Below are positions 45,898 through 55,120 of a stretch of 64,000 bases of DNA, piece by piece. A program made the position numbers and the translations under genes. Under the pieces are notes generated by a model, which worked only from the letters and a program-made list of their open reading frames with translations, had not been told where the DNA came from and made no database searches. Every line of letters starts with the position of its first letter. The stretch's first letter is position 1. Source of the DNA: an uncultured Erysipelotrichaceae bacterium (lineage in GTDB: Bacteria; Bacillota_I; Bacilli_A; RFN20; CAG-826); the NCBI GenBank assembly GCA_902787955.1, contig CADAIJ010000003.1, forward strand, positions 13,907-77,906, read 5' to 3'.

Positions 45898-47067
45898 CTA
45901 TTTATTTAATAGATTTTTGATAATTTCAACTTTATCAAGCTTTTCCCAAGGGAGGTCTAAATCAGGTCTTCCCATGTGTCCATATGCCGCCAAATCTTTG
46001 TAATTAAAGGTTGGTTTACGGAGTGAGAAATTCTTAATAATCATACCTGGTCTACAATCGAAGACTTTATTAACTACATCAAGAATTTTTTCATCACTAT
46101 ATTTTGATGTTCCAAATGTAGATAAACCAATTGAGACAGGTTCTGGTCTACCTATTGCATACGCTAATTGAACTTCGAGTCTATCAGCAGCGCCCGCAGC
46201 AACTAAATTCTTAGCCATATATCGAGCCATATATGCTGCACTTCTATCTACCTTAGTTGGATCTTTTCCACTAAAAGCACCACCACCATGACGAGATGCA
46301 CCACCATAGGTGTCAACGATAATCTTTCTACCAGTTAAACCAGCATCAGAGGCAGGACCACCGATAACAAATAAACCGGTTGGATTAATTAAAATCTCAA
46401 AATCTGTGTTGAGTCCAAATGATTTAACAACTGGAATCATGATTTCATTTTTAATGTATTCTTTGAATTCTTTTTCATTAAAATCTGGATCATGAGAAAT
46501 TGACATTAAGACTGTTTTAATTCGAACATTTTTAGGGTCAGTATAATCGACTGTAACCTGGGATTTCATATCAGGTCTAGCCCATCTAAATTTGCCTTCT
46601 TTTCTTAATTTGGTGGCAGTTCTTACTAGTTTATGGGCAATTACGATCGCTAATGGCATATACCCTTCAGACTCATTAGAAGCATAACCAAACATGATAC
46701 CTTGGTCCCCTGCTCCTGTATCTTCTTCTTTACTTGCGTCAACCCCTAAAGCGATATCTCTAGATTGAGGTTTAATCTTCACATCAATCTTTACAGTTTT
46801 ATCAGAAAAACCAATATCAGGATTTGTGTAACCAATATCTCTAATAACATCTTTAACAATCTTTTCAAAATCAATCTTTGCGTTACTTGTGATTTCACCC
46901 CCAATTAAAACATAATCGGTTGTACAGAAAACTTCACAAGCCACTCTTGAATTCGGATCTTGCTTTAAACAATTATCTAAAACTGCATCAGAGATTTGAT
47001 CACAAACCTTATCTGGATGTCCTTCTGAGACAGATTCACTAGTGAATAAGTTTTGATATTTTGCCAT
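45898..47067 (-). CDS. metK: S-adenosylmethionine synthetase.
   Basis: 389 aa with the MetK signatures GGGAFSGKDPTKVDRSAAY and GHPDK. Confidence 0.9.
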   Translation of the reverse strand: MAKYQNLFTSESVSEGHPDKVCDQISDAVLDNCLKQDPNSRVACEVFCTTDYVLIGGEITSNAKIDFEKIVKDVIRDIGYTNPDIGFSDKTVKIDVKIKPQSRDIALGVDASKEEDTGAGDQGIMFGYASNESEGYMPLAIVIAHKLVRTATKLRKEGKFRWARPDMKSQVTVDYTDPKNVRIKTVLMSISHDPDFNEKEFKEYIKNEIMIPVVKSFGLNTDFEILINPTGLFVIGGPASDAGLTGRKIIVDTYGGASRHGGGAFSGKDPTKVDRSAAYMARYMAKNLVAAGAADRLEVQLAYAIGRPEPVSIGLSTFGTSKYSDEKILDVVNKVFDCRPGMIIKNFSLRKPTFNYKDLAAYGHMGRPDLDLPWEKLDKVEIIKNLLNK

Positions 47068-47245
47068 TTTGATAACCTCCTAAATAAACAAAAGGGCTCC
47101 CACTAGGTGGAAAGCCCTTTATAGGTCAGTTTCCTTCGCTTTATCGTTCGGATAGTGGGTATCCGCTTGGGAAGAGCACTTACTTATTAAAGAGTTGCTA
47201 CCGCGATTTTTCATCCCTCTTATCACGGTTCTTGATAAAACTGCA
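47068..47245 (-). promoter_or_regulatory. metK 5' leader with an intrinsic terminator just upstream of the RBS. It is a putative SAM-responsive riboswitch of uncertain class, resembling a divergent SAM-I.
   Basis: On the minus strand the promoter TTGCGA-17-TATAAT sits at 47249-47277. A leader of about 175 nt follows. It contains a possible P1 UUUUAUC/GAUAAAG, a GCAAC and AGUGCUCUUCCCAAGCGG resembling the conserved GGUGC..UUCC..GCAGCGG. The terminator AAAGGGCU-loop-AGCCCUUUUGUUUAUUU comes next, and then AGGAGG-ATG. Confidence 0.45.
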
Positions 47246-47282
47246 GTTATTATAAATAAAATATTAGGTATTCGCAACAGAT

Positions 47283-47534
47283 TTAGTTAGCTTTCAAACC
47301 TTTAGCTAATTGATCTGGACAAGATGTAGTTTTCGTTCTACTTCCACGACATTCGATACCATCAAGTCTTTTAATAGCTTCTTCAACGGACATACCAACA
47401 AGTAAACGGCATAATCCAGTTGTGTTACCTTGACAGCCACCGACGATTTCAACGTTTGTAATAATACCGTTTTCGGTAGTTACATACATCTTGCGGGAGC
47501 AGACATTTTGAGGAGTAATTTCAATAACAGGCAT
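47283..47534 (-). CDS. TSCPD-domain small protein (TIGR03905-like).
   Basis: 83 aa with the GGCQGN...GIECRG...TSCPDQLA pattern typical of the TSCPD domain. Confidence 0.5.
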   Translation of the reverse strand: MPVIEITPQNVCSRKMYVTTENGIITNVEIVGGCQGNTTGLCRLLVGMSVEEAIKRLDGIECRGSRTKTTSCPDQLAKGLKAN

Positions 47535-48166
47535 TATTTAACAATTTCTCCATAAACTTCACCGAATGCACTAGCAGCATTACATTCGTCAGTATCAATA
47601 TGCATTGCTAGAGCAAATTTTGGTGAAACACGGATAACTGTGTCATCAAAGATGGTTTTTCTACCTTTGCCAGTATCCACTAAAACGGAAACGATTTGTC
47701 CATTTTCAACACCGAATTCTTTAGCATCTTCTGGTGTCATGTGAATGTGACGTTTAGCAACGATAACGCCTTCTTCAATATCAACTTCACCAGCTGGACC
47801 TTTTAAAGTACATTTTGGTGAACCAGCAATATCACCGGATTCTCTAACTGGAGCAGAGATTCCTAATTGTCTAGCATCAGTAAATGAAACTTCAACTTGG
47901 TTAGCGTTTCTAACTGGACCAAGAATTGAGAATTTTAAACTTGGACGTGGGCCATTTGGATCTTTAGCGTTATAGCCAATGACGTCAATTCTATCTGTGG
48001 AAGCAAATTGGCCAGGTTGAGAAAGCATCTTACGAACTTCAAGTTCATGACCTTTTCCAAATAAGACTTCTAATGTTTCTTGTGTAACGTGTACGTGTCT
48101 CGCGCTTGTTTCTACAATAATCTTTTTCATACGATTCTCCTTTATTGCACGAGAGTATTTTAACAC
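47534..48166 (-). CDS. PduL-family phosphate acyltransferase (phosphate propanoyl/acetyl-transferase).
   Basis: Two repeated ARHxH motifs (SARHVHV and AKRHIHM) in a protein of about 210 aa. Confidence 0.7.
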   Translation of the reverse strand: MLKYSRAIKENRMKKIIVETSARHVHVTQETLEVLFGKGHELEVRKMLSQPGQFASTDRIDVIGYNAKDPNGPRPSLKFSILGPVRNANQVEVSFTDARQLGISAPVRESGDIAGSPKCTLKGPAGEVDIEEGVIVAKRHIHMTPEDAKEFGVENGQIVSVLVDTGKGRKTIFDDTVIRVSPKFALAMHIDTDECNAASAFGEVYGEIVK

Positions 48167-48238
48167 TAAATTAATATAATTAATATTTATTTTATTTTTC
48201 TTTGCTTTATATAAATAACATTGTAAAATTAAGCCGAT

Positions 48239-49726
48239 ATGGAAAACGAAATCGTCGATATTGAAAATCTAACCGAGAAGTTACTTGAACTCATTAGTAA
48301 TAAAGACGTAAAAGGAATACGCCAAATCTTTGAAGTTATTCCAACCATCGATATTGCCGATGCCTGTAACCAATTTGAAGACATTTCCAAATTAGTCTTC
48401 ATTTTTAAAACAGTTAAATCTGAATACACTGCCGACTTATTTACCGAACTTGATCCAGATGTTAAGCAAGAACTCATTAATATGATGTCTGATGCTGAAC
48501 TTGCTGAAATTCTTGATTCCCAATTTAACGATGACTTAGCAGACGATATCGAAGAAATGCCTGCAAACTTAGTTTCTCGTGTTTTAAGAAACGTTCCAAA
48601 AGAAAGACGCGCGGTCATTAATAAATTACTTAACTATCAAGAAAACACAGCGGGTTCAATTATGACCACTGAGTTTTTAACTCTTTTAGATAGTTTAACC
48701 GCAGATGAAGCCATCGCTAGAATTAGATCAATCGGTAAAGAAAAAGAAACAATTTATACCTTATTTATTATTGATAAGAACCGTAACTTAGTCGGTACTG
48801 TTGACTTAGATGATTTAATCTTTGCTAAAGGTGAAGAAAAATTATCCAAGATTATGAACCGTGACTTTGTCACAGTTAATGTTAATACCGACCAAGAAGA
48901 AGTTGCTAACATGGTTAAACGTTATGACTTAAACGCTATCGCAGTAGTCAATAACGATGAACGTTTAGTCGGTTTAGTAACAATCGACGATATCGTTGAC
49001 GTTATCGAACAAGAAGCTAACGAAGACGTCGCCGCTTTAAGCCACGTTGCTCCATTAGAAGATTCTTACTTAGATACTTCTGTAGCTAAGATGGCTAAGA
49101 AATGTATTCCTTGGATTATTGTTTTATTAGTCTTAGGAACATTCACTACGATGGTTTTAGATAAGATCGAAAAGAGTAATGTATTTACATTAGTCCCTGT
49201 CTTAATCTGTTTCGTTCCAACTCTTATGGATACAGGTGGTAACTCTGGTGGACAAACTATTGCCTTAATGATTAGAGGCTTAGGAACCAAGGAATTTACT
49301 CCTAAAGATTTCTGGAAAATCATTAAGAAAGAAGCAATGTCTGCATTAATTATTGCTGCTATTATATCAGCCTTTGCATTCCTTTGGTTCATGATTGAAC
49401 AATATACTGGCATTGTTACAAATACTCGTCCTGGATTCTCAGATCCTGCAACTGGTGAATTCTACACTATTTGGAACGGCAAATGTTGGAATATTGATTT
49501 CTTCAATGGCGCAATAGGGATTGCTTTAACAGTTGCAGTAACTTTATTCATTGCAGCCTTCATGGCAAAGATTATCGCAGTCTTACTCCCATTGGGCGTT
49601 GCAGCTTTAAAGAAAGATCCTGCTGTAATTGCTCAACCACTACTCACCACTATTATTGATGTAGTTTCATTATTATCTTATTTAGGCATTGCTAGTGTAT
49701 TTGCCGCAGCATTTAATTTAATGTAA
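48239..49726 (+). CDS. mgtE: Magnesium transporter MgtE.
   Basis: MgtE N-domain, a CBS pair, and 5 TM helices carrying the conserved PxxxDxxGN-like region (PTLMDTGGNSGGQ). Confidence 0.85.
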   Translation: MENEIVDIENLTEKLLELISNKDVKGIRQIFEVIPTIDIADACNQFEDISKLVFIFKTVKSEYTADLFTELDPDVKQELINMMSDAELAEILDSQFNDDLADDIEEMPANLVSRVLRNVPKERRAVINKLLNYQENTAGSIMTTEFLTLLDSLTADEAIARIRSIGKEKETIYTLFIIDKNRNLVGTVDLDDLIFAKGEEKLSKIMNRDFVTVNVNTDQEEVANMVKRYDLNAIAVVNNDERLVGLVTIDDIVDVIEQEANEDVAALSHVAPLEDSYLDTSVAKMAKKCIPWIIVLLVLGTFTTMVLDKIEKSNVFTLVPVLICFVPTLMDTGGNSGGQTIALMIRGLGTKEFTPKDFWKIIKKEAMSALIIAAIISAFAFLWFMIEQYTGIVTNTRPGFSDPATGEFYTIWNGKCWNIDFFNGAIGIALTVAVTLFIAAFMAKIIAVLLPLGVAALKKDPAVIAQPLLTTIIDVVSLLSYLGIASVFAAAFNLM

Positions 49727-49781
49727 GAAATAATTTCTTCTTGTTATAAGAAAATTAAAATTGTATATTATTTATCGCTGT

Positions 49782-49866
49782 GCAGTGATGGCGGAACTGG
49801 TAGACGCGTACGTTTGAGGGGCGTATAGGGCAACCTGTGTGAGTTCGATTCTCATTCACTGCACCA
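49782..49866 (+). tRNA. tRNA-Leu (anticodon GAG).
   Basis: Acceptor GCAGTGA/TCACTGC followed by A and CCA. Anticodon loop TTGAGGG. Long variable arm. Confidence 0.8.
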
Positions 49867-49876
49867 TTAATTAAAC

Positions 49877-49908
49877 TAAATTGTTCCTTAATATGAGGAA
49901 CTTTTTTT
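49877..49908 (+). terminator. Intrinsic terminator after tRNA-Leu.
   Basis: GTTCCT-TAATATG-AGGAAC followed by TTTTTTTATTTT. Confidence 0.5.
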
Positions 49909-49979
49909 ATTTTATAAAAATAAACATTAAGTAATATTTCACGAGGTTATAAGCGACAAAAACAAGTTCAGAAAAAAGG

Positions 49980-50297
49980 TTATTTTTTGTTAATAAAAAT
50001 TGAACTTAACTTATTATTTATTGAAACGAGTTTTGATACCTGAGTTTCTAAATCTTCTAATTTTAATTGTAGTTGCCTATATTCTTTCTCTAATGCCTTG
50101 TACTTTGCTGTTAATTCAGTGCAAGTTAATGTATCCGGGTGAGGATAATTTGTATAACGTTTATCGTTTTCAAAATATTTGTTCCAAAAGAAAACTGTTG
50201 AAGGAGCTATTTTGTATTTATCAGAAATTTCTGTAATAGTTTTTCCTTGTTTAAACTCATCAACTACTTTTTTCTTAAATTCTTGTGTATATGCCAT
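49980..50297 (-). mobile_element. Orphan IS3-family transposase OrfA-like HTH protein. No OrfB and no inverted repeats were found.
   Basis: 105 aa. The N-terminal HTH (KTITEISDKYKIAPSTVFFWNKYF) is followed by a leucine-zipper coiled coil. It is adjacent to tRNA-Leu. The downstream gene is unrelated. Confidence 0.5.
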
Positions 50298-50467
50298 TTT
50301 TATTTTTTTCCTATTTTTTATTATAATCTAACGTTAATATTTTTAAAATAAAAAAATCATAACACTCTTTAATTAAGCGCTTAATAGAATAATTACAACG
50401 GATAATAGAATTAAAAAGCAGGGACATTTTTTTGAAAATCCCTGCACAAGTCCACTATTTGGGAAAA

Positions 50468-51022
50468 TTAGACCACTAAATCTTTTTCGGTCCACTTAAT
50501 TATTTTAAAGATAAAACCAGTAGTTGGAATCTTAATCCAATAATTGAATCCAAGTATTTTAGAATTATAGGCACTAACCTTTTGACGATAAGAAGCTTCA
50601 ACATCATTAAAGAGGTTTAACGCTAATTGATATTCTTCATCGTTTTTAACTTCTTCATGTAGTTCAGCAAGGTTTAAGATGTTATGACTTCCGTGAATAA
50701 AAGTTAAAATCTTTTCGTCTCTTTCATCTTTTGATAAGGCTTGGAAGTTATCTACTCTTTCGAGTTTATTAATTGATTTAACATCTTCTTGTGGCACTAC
50801 GACATTATGCTTAACAAGAATCTTGATAATAGCGATCATTGAATCTCTTCTTTGCGTTAAAAGTAGATTAAGCGCATCACTAAGTTTCTTTAAAGAACTA
50901 CGGAAAATTGAAGAAAACACAAACGCAGTTAAAATAGCGATAAGCCATAAAGCAATAACGCCAAGAACAATTGCGAGGAGAACATATCCCCAGTTAGTTT
51001 GTAGCCATGTTGGATCACTCAT
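50468..51022 (-). CDS. LemA-family membrane protein.
   Basis: An N-terminal TM helix followed by a soluble domain of about 150 aa. The size and architecture fit LemA. Confidence 0.45.
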   Translation of the reverse strand: MSDPTWLQTNWGYVLLAIVLGVIALWLIAILTAFVFSSIFRSSLKKLSDALNLLLTQRRDSMIAIIKILVKHNVVVPQEDVKSINKLERVDNFQALSKDERDEKILTFIHGSHNILNLAELHEEVKNDEEYQLALNLFNDVEASYRQKVSAYNSKILGFNYWIKIPTTGFIFKIIKWTEKDLVV

Positions 51023-51124
51023 AATATTTAACGCTATAGAATATAGTCACCTTAATTGTGAATTTCAATATTTTTCAACTAAACACCTAAATGAAAGGGC
51101 ATTAATTGACAAAGTGATTAACTA

Positions 51125-52012
51125 ATGTTAATGTTTTCACGAGGACAAGTTATGGCAAAAAAGAATACAATAATGGCTATCATGTACGACTTTGATAAAA
51201 CACTTTGTACGACTGATATGCAAAATTATAGCTTTATTCCAGCATTAGGAATGACTCCAGCGGAATTCTGGGGTGCAACTGGTAAATTCTCTGAAGAAAC
51301 TGGTTGTGAAAGAATCCTTTCCTATATGTACATGATGATAAAACTATCTAAGGATAAAGGGATTAAGATTACGAAAAAATGGCTTAACTCTTTAGGAAAA
51401 GATGTTATCTATTTCCCAGGTGTTGAAAAATGGTTTGACCGCATCAACAAATATGGAAAAGAAAGAGGTGTTAAAGTTGAACACTATCTTTGTTCATCTG
51501 GCACAAAAGAAATTATTGAAGGCACCACAATTGCTAAAAAGTTTAGAAGAATTTATGGCTGTGAATTCCATTATGATAAGGATACACAAGAACCTGTTTG
51601 GCCAAAGTTAGCAATTAACTACACTCAAAAAACTCAATACTTCTTTAGAATAGCGAAAGGTGTTTATGATCAAAATGATGATAAGAACATTAACACCATT
51701 ACTAAAAAGAAAAGAATCCCATATTCTAATATCGTTTATTTAGGTGATGGAATGACTGATGTTCCATGTATGACTTTAGTTAAAGAAAAAGGTGGTAAGG
51801 CAATCGCTATTCACCAAAAGAAAGATAAAGATACCATGGTTAGCCTAGTTAAAGAAGGCCGTGTTAACTTTGCTTTTATCGCTGATTACTCCCCTGGAAG
51901 TGACCTCGATAAGACAATGAAAATGATTATCGATGGTATTTCTGTCCAAAATGCTTTAGCAAATAAAGAAGAAGCATTAATCGAAAAAATCTATAAAACC
52001 TATAAAGAATAA
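51125..52012 (+). CDS. HAD-like hydrolase. The start may instead be at 51152, MAKKN.
   Basis: Motif I AIMYDFDKTL and motif IV LGDGMTDVP. Confidence 0.6.
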   Translation: MLMFSRGQVMAKKNTIMAIMYDFDKTLCTTDMQNYSFIPALGMTPAEFWGATGKFSEETGCERILSYMYMMIKLSKDKGIKITKKWLNSLGKDVIYFPGVEKWFDRINKYGKERGVKVEHYLCSSGTKEIIEGTTIAKKFRRIYGCEFHYDKDTQEPVWPKLAINYTQKTQYFFRIAKGVYDQNDDKNINTITKKKRIPYSNIVYLGDGMTDVPCMTLVKEKGGKAIAIHQKKDKDTMVSLVKEGRVNFAFIADYSPGSDLDKTMKMIIDGISVQNALANKEEALIEKIYKTYKE

Positions 52013-52015
52013 TTT

Positions 52016-52708
52016 ATGAAAGTTACCGCAATCATACTAGTGGGTGGAAGTTCCACTCGCTTTGGAAGTGATATTCCTAAACAATTTTATAAAGTTAATG
52101 GAAAGCCTCTATTAGCCTATACTTTAGATTGCTTTGAAAATAATCCTGAAATTAATGATATCGTTATCGTCGCTAATCCAGCGTATAAGGATAATCTTGA
52201 AGAATTATTAAACACCTATTCCTATAAGAAAATTTCTCATTTAGTGGAAGGTGGAAAAAACCGTCAAGAAAGCGCCTTTTTTGGACTTTTAGCCATTGAA
52301 AACGAAACAGAAAAGATGGACCGCGTTTTAATTCATGATGGAGTTAGACCAATCATTCCCCCTGAAATTATTCACGAATTATTGCTAGCCCTTAACGATC
52401 ACTTTGGAGCAACTGTCGCAATTCCTTCAACTGACACGATGTGCTTAATTGATAAAAATAACGAAGAGGTTGTGGGAACACTTAATCGTGAAGAAGTTTA
52501 CGCTATTCAAACTCCACAAGCCTTTGTTTATCAAGCAATCTTAGAAGCTCATAAGCTTTACCAAGGCAAAAATGTTACCGATGATAGTCAACTTTTAAGT
52601 GGGGTTACGCCAATAAAAATTGTCAAAGGAAATAAAAAACTATTAAAAATAACAACAAAAGAGGATATTCTATTTCTCGAAGTTTATTTGAAAGAAGCGC
52701 AAAAATGA
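52016..52708 (+). CDS. IspD/TarI-family cytidylyltransferase (2-C-methyl-D-erythritol 4-phosphate or ribitol-5-phosphate cytidylyltransferase).
   Basis: The N-terminus AIILVGGSSTRFGSDIPKQF. Confidence 0.75.
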   Translation: MKVTAIILVGGSSTRFGSDIPKQFYKVNGKPLLAYTLDCFENNPEINDIVIVANPAYKDNLEELLNTYSYKKISHLVEGGKNRQESAFFGLLAIENETEKMDRVLIHDGVRPIIPPEIIHELLLALNDHFGATVAIPSTDTMCLIDKNNEEVVGTLNREEVYAIQTPQAFVYQAILEAHKLYQGKNVTDDSQLLSGVTPIKIVKGNKKLLKITTKEDILFLEVYLKEAQK

Positions 52709-53049
52709 TTGAATACAAAGAGGGAGATATCATTGAAGGAACTGTAATTTCGATTAGAAACTACGGTGCTATTTTGATATTTGAAAATAATAAAACTGGT
52801 TTACTTCATATTTCCGAAGTTACTAACGCTTTCATCCGTCATTTAGACCGCTACTTAACGATTGGTAAAACCTATCATGTCAAAGTCTTAAGCGTTGAAA
52901 ATGATGGTTTTATGAAAGTATCTATGTCAAAGATTACTCCAGAAGAAAAAGAAATCTATCGACAAGCAAATAATAAGAAAAAACCAGTTGATGAAGATAA
53001 TATAGACTTCACCGCTTTAAAAGAGCATTTAGAAATTTGGACAAAATAA
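52705..53049 (+). CDS. S1 RNA-binding domain protein (YabR/GSP13-like).
   Basis: S1 fold signature EGDIIEGTVISIRNYGAILIF...GLLHISEV. Confidence 0.7.
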   Translation: MIEYKEGDIIEGTVISIRNYGAILIFENNKTGLLHISEVTNAFIRHLDRYLTIGKTYHVKVLSVENDGFMKVSMSKITPEEKEIYRQANNKKKPVDEDNIDFTALKEHLEIWTK

Positions 53050-53063
53050 AGGAGACTAAATAT

Positions 53064-54344
53064 ATGCTTACTTTAAATTTTGAACACTTAATCGATAAGA
53101 TTGATTTTGCTAAATATCAAAGCAAAGTTAATGCAATCGATGAGATGATTGAAAAAAGAACTGGACCAGGTAATGACTTCCTTGGTTGGTTACGTTATCC
53201 AGAAACTTACGATAAAGAAGAATTAGAAGAAATTATTAAATCCGCGGCATTTGTGCGTGAAAATTTTGAAGTTTTAGTTGTCTGTGGTATCGGTGGAAGT
53301 TACCTTGGTGCAAGAGCAGGAATTGAAGCTTTAAAAGGTTTACATCCAAGAGATAAAATTGAAATTATCTTCTTAGGTCAAACATTCTCTAGTGATTATA
53401 TTTATGAAACACTTGAATATGTTAAAGATAAAAAATTCGCGATTAACGTTATTTCAAAAAGTGGCACCACAACTGAAACCGCAATCTCATTTAGATTATT
53501 AAAAGAATTACTCGAATCTAAAGTTGGCAAAGAAGAAGCTAGAAAAGCTATCTTTGCTACTACCGATAAAGAAAAAGGTGCTTTAAAAACATTATCCACT
53601 CAAGAAGGATATAAGACATTTGTTCTTCCAGGTGATGTTGGTGGACGTTTCAGTGTCTTTACCGCAGTTGGTTTATTCCCAATGGCAGTTGCTGGTATTG
53701 ATGTAAGAAAAGTTCTTGAAGGTGCTCACGCTTCGATGGAAGAAAATAGAGGCTCTGATTTAGCGAAAAATAAAGCTTATCAATACGCGATTGTGAGAGA
53801 TACTTTATTAAGAAAAGGCTATCCAGTTGAAATGTTTGTTACTTATGAACCAAGACTTGTTCAATTAGGTGAATGGTTTAAACAATTATTCGGTGAAAGT
53901 GAAGGTAAAGAGCATAAAGGTTTACTCCCAGATAGTGCTACTTTCTCTACTGATCTTCACTCTTTAGGACAATTCATCCAAGATGGTTCACCAGTCTTAT
54001 TTGAAACAATTCTCTTTGTTAATAAACCAAGACACGAAGTAGTTATTCCAGAAGATAAAGAAAACCTTGATGGCTTAAATTATTTAGCTGGTAAGAACTT
54101 AGCTTTCGTTAACGAAAAAGCTTATATTGGTACACTTGCCGCTCACGAAGAAACTGGCCGTGTTCCAAATATGCTTCTTAACTTAGATAAATTAGATGAA
54201 TTCGAACTCGGTTATATTCTTTACTTCTTTATGAAGACATGCGCTATGAGTGGTTATTTACTCGAAGTAAATCCATTCAATCAACCTGGTGTTGAAGTTT
54301 ATAAAAAGAATATGTTCCACCTTTTAGGCAAAAAAGGTTATTAA
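53064..54344 (+). CDS. pgi: Glucose-6-phosphate isomerase.
   Basis: Start chosen at MLTLNFEH, with the RBS AAGGAG 8 nt upstream. Bacillota-type PGI signatures include GIGGSYLGARAG. Confidence 0.85.
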   Translation: MLTLNFEHLIDKIDFAKYQSKVNAIDEMIEKRTGPGNDFLGWLRYPETYDKEELEEIIKSAAFVRENFEVLVVCGIGGSYLGARAGIEALKGLHPRDKIEIIFLGQTFSSDYIYETLEYVKDKKFAINVISKSGTTTETAISFRLLKELLESKVGKEEARKAIFATTDKEKGALKTLSTQEGYKTFVLPGDVGGRFSVFTAVGLFPMAVAGIDVRKVLEGAHASMEENRGSDLAKNKAYQYAIVRDTLLRKGYPVEMFVTYEPRLVQLGEWFKQLFGESEGKEHKGLLPDSATFSTDLHSLGQFIQDGSPVLFETILFVNKPRHEVVIPEDKENLDGLNYLAGKNLAFVNEKAYIGTLAAHEETGRVPNMLLNLDKLDEFELGYILYFFMKTCAMSGYLLEVNPFNQPGVEVYKKNMFHLLGKKGY

Positions 54345-54434
54345 TTTGCTATAAAACTTTTCAAAAACTAAGTTGACTATATCAAATATTTAATGATATA
54401 TTTATTAGGCACGCTTAGAGGACGTGTATTGAGC

Positions 54435-54510
54435 GGATGTTTAGCTCAGTTGGGAGAGCATCGCCTTTACACGGCGGGGGTCAGGGGTTCGAGCCCCTTA
54501 ACATCCACCA
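54435..54510 (+). tRNA. tRNA-Val (anticodon TAC).
   Basis: Acceptor GGATGTT/AACATCC followed by A and CCA. Anticodon loop TTTACAC. Confidence 0.85.
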
Positions 54511-54527
54511 TTCTCTAGGGTCCAAGT

Positions 54528-54611
54528 GGAGGAATAGCGAAGTGGCCAAACGCGGCTGACTGTAAATCAGTTCCTTAGGGTTCGGTAGTTCAAATCTACC
54601 TTCCTCCACCA
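54528..54611 (+). tRNA. tRNA-Tyr (anticodon GTA).
   Basis: Acceptor GGAGGAA/TTCCTCC followed by A and CCA. Anticodon loop CTGTAAA. Long variable arm. Confidence 0.8.
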
Positions 54612-54616
54612 CTCCT

Positions 54617-54692
54617 TGGGGTGTAGCCAAGCGGTAAGGCATCAGACTTTGACTCTGACATTTCGCTGGTCCGATCCCAGCCACCCCAACCA
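54617..54692 (+). tRNA. tRNA-Gln (anticodon TTG).
   Basis: Acceptor TGGGGTG/CACCCCA followed by A and CCA. Anticodon loop CTTTGAC. The D-loop AGCGGTAAG is Gln/Glu-type. Confidence 0.8.
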
Positions 54693-54695
54693 GAT

Positions 54696-54726
54696 AATAA
54701 GAAATCTCACTGAGAGATTTTTTTCT
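54696..54726 (+). terminator. Intrinsic terminator after the first tRNA triplet.
   Basis: AAATCTC-ACTG-AGAGATTT followed by TTTTTCTTTT. Confidence 0.5.
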
Positions 54727-54834
54727 TTTATATAAATATAAATCAATAAAATGAATAAAATTTCAAAAAAGTATGGATAATAAAATTATAATGTGCAATA
54801 ATATCAAAGCGATTTTTAGAAATCGCAACGGAAT

Positions 54835-54911
54835 CTCCCGTTAGCTCAGTTGGCTAGAGCACTCGACTTTTAATCAAGGGGTCGGACGTTCAAATCGTCT
54901 ACGGGAGACCA
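54835..54911 (+). tRNA. tRNA-Lys (anticodon TTT).
   Basis: Acceptor CTCCCGT/ACGGGAG followed by A and CCA. Anticodon loop CTTTTAA. Confidence 0.85.
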
Positions 54912-54914
54912 CTT

Positions 54915-55002
54915 GCCCAGGTGGCGAAATTGGTAGACGCAAGGGACTTAAAATCCCTCGAGTGCATAACTCATACCGGTTCAACTCCGGTCCTGGGCAC
55001 CA
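54915..55002 (+). tRNA. tRNA-Leu (anticodon TAA).
   Basis: Acceptor GCCCAGG/CCTGGGC followed by A and CCA. Anticodon loop CTTAAAA. Long variable arm. Confidence 0.85.
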
Positions 55003-55026
55003 TCAATACGCCACTTTTTAATTTAT

Positions 55027-55101
55027 TGGGGCGTAGCCAAGCGGTAAGGCAGCGGGCTCTGAACTCGCCATTCACTGGTCCGAATCCAGTCGCCCCAGCC
55101 A
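55027..55101 (+). tRNA. tRNA-Gln (anticodon CTG).
   Basis: Acceptor TGGGGCG/CGCCCCA followed by G and CCA. Anticodon loop CTCTGAA. It is a paralog of the TTG isoacceptor. Confidence 0.8.
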
Positions 55102-55120
55102 GTATCGAAAGGAGTTAAAG

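Noticed and set aside
47068-47282. Confident assignment of the metK leader to SAM-I.
   Set aside because: The P2/k-turn signature GGAGGGA..GCCC..GAUGA is not recognisable by eye. Only partial motif matches are present, so the class is left open.
48167-48238. Possible M-box (Mg) riboswitch upstream of mgtE.
   Set aside because: Only about 72 nt separate the divergent genes. That is far too short for an M-box aptamer of about 160 nt.
54481-55118. ORF-track CDSs 54481..54684 (-) and 54921..55118 (+).
   Set aside because: Both lie entirely over well-formed tRNA genes (Val/Tyr/Gln and Lys/Leu/Gln). They are translations of tRNA sequence, not genes.
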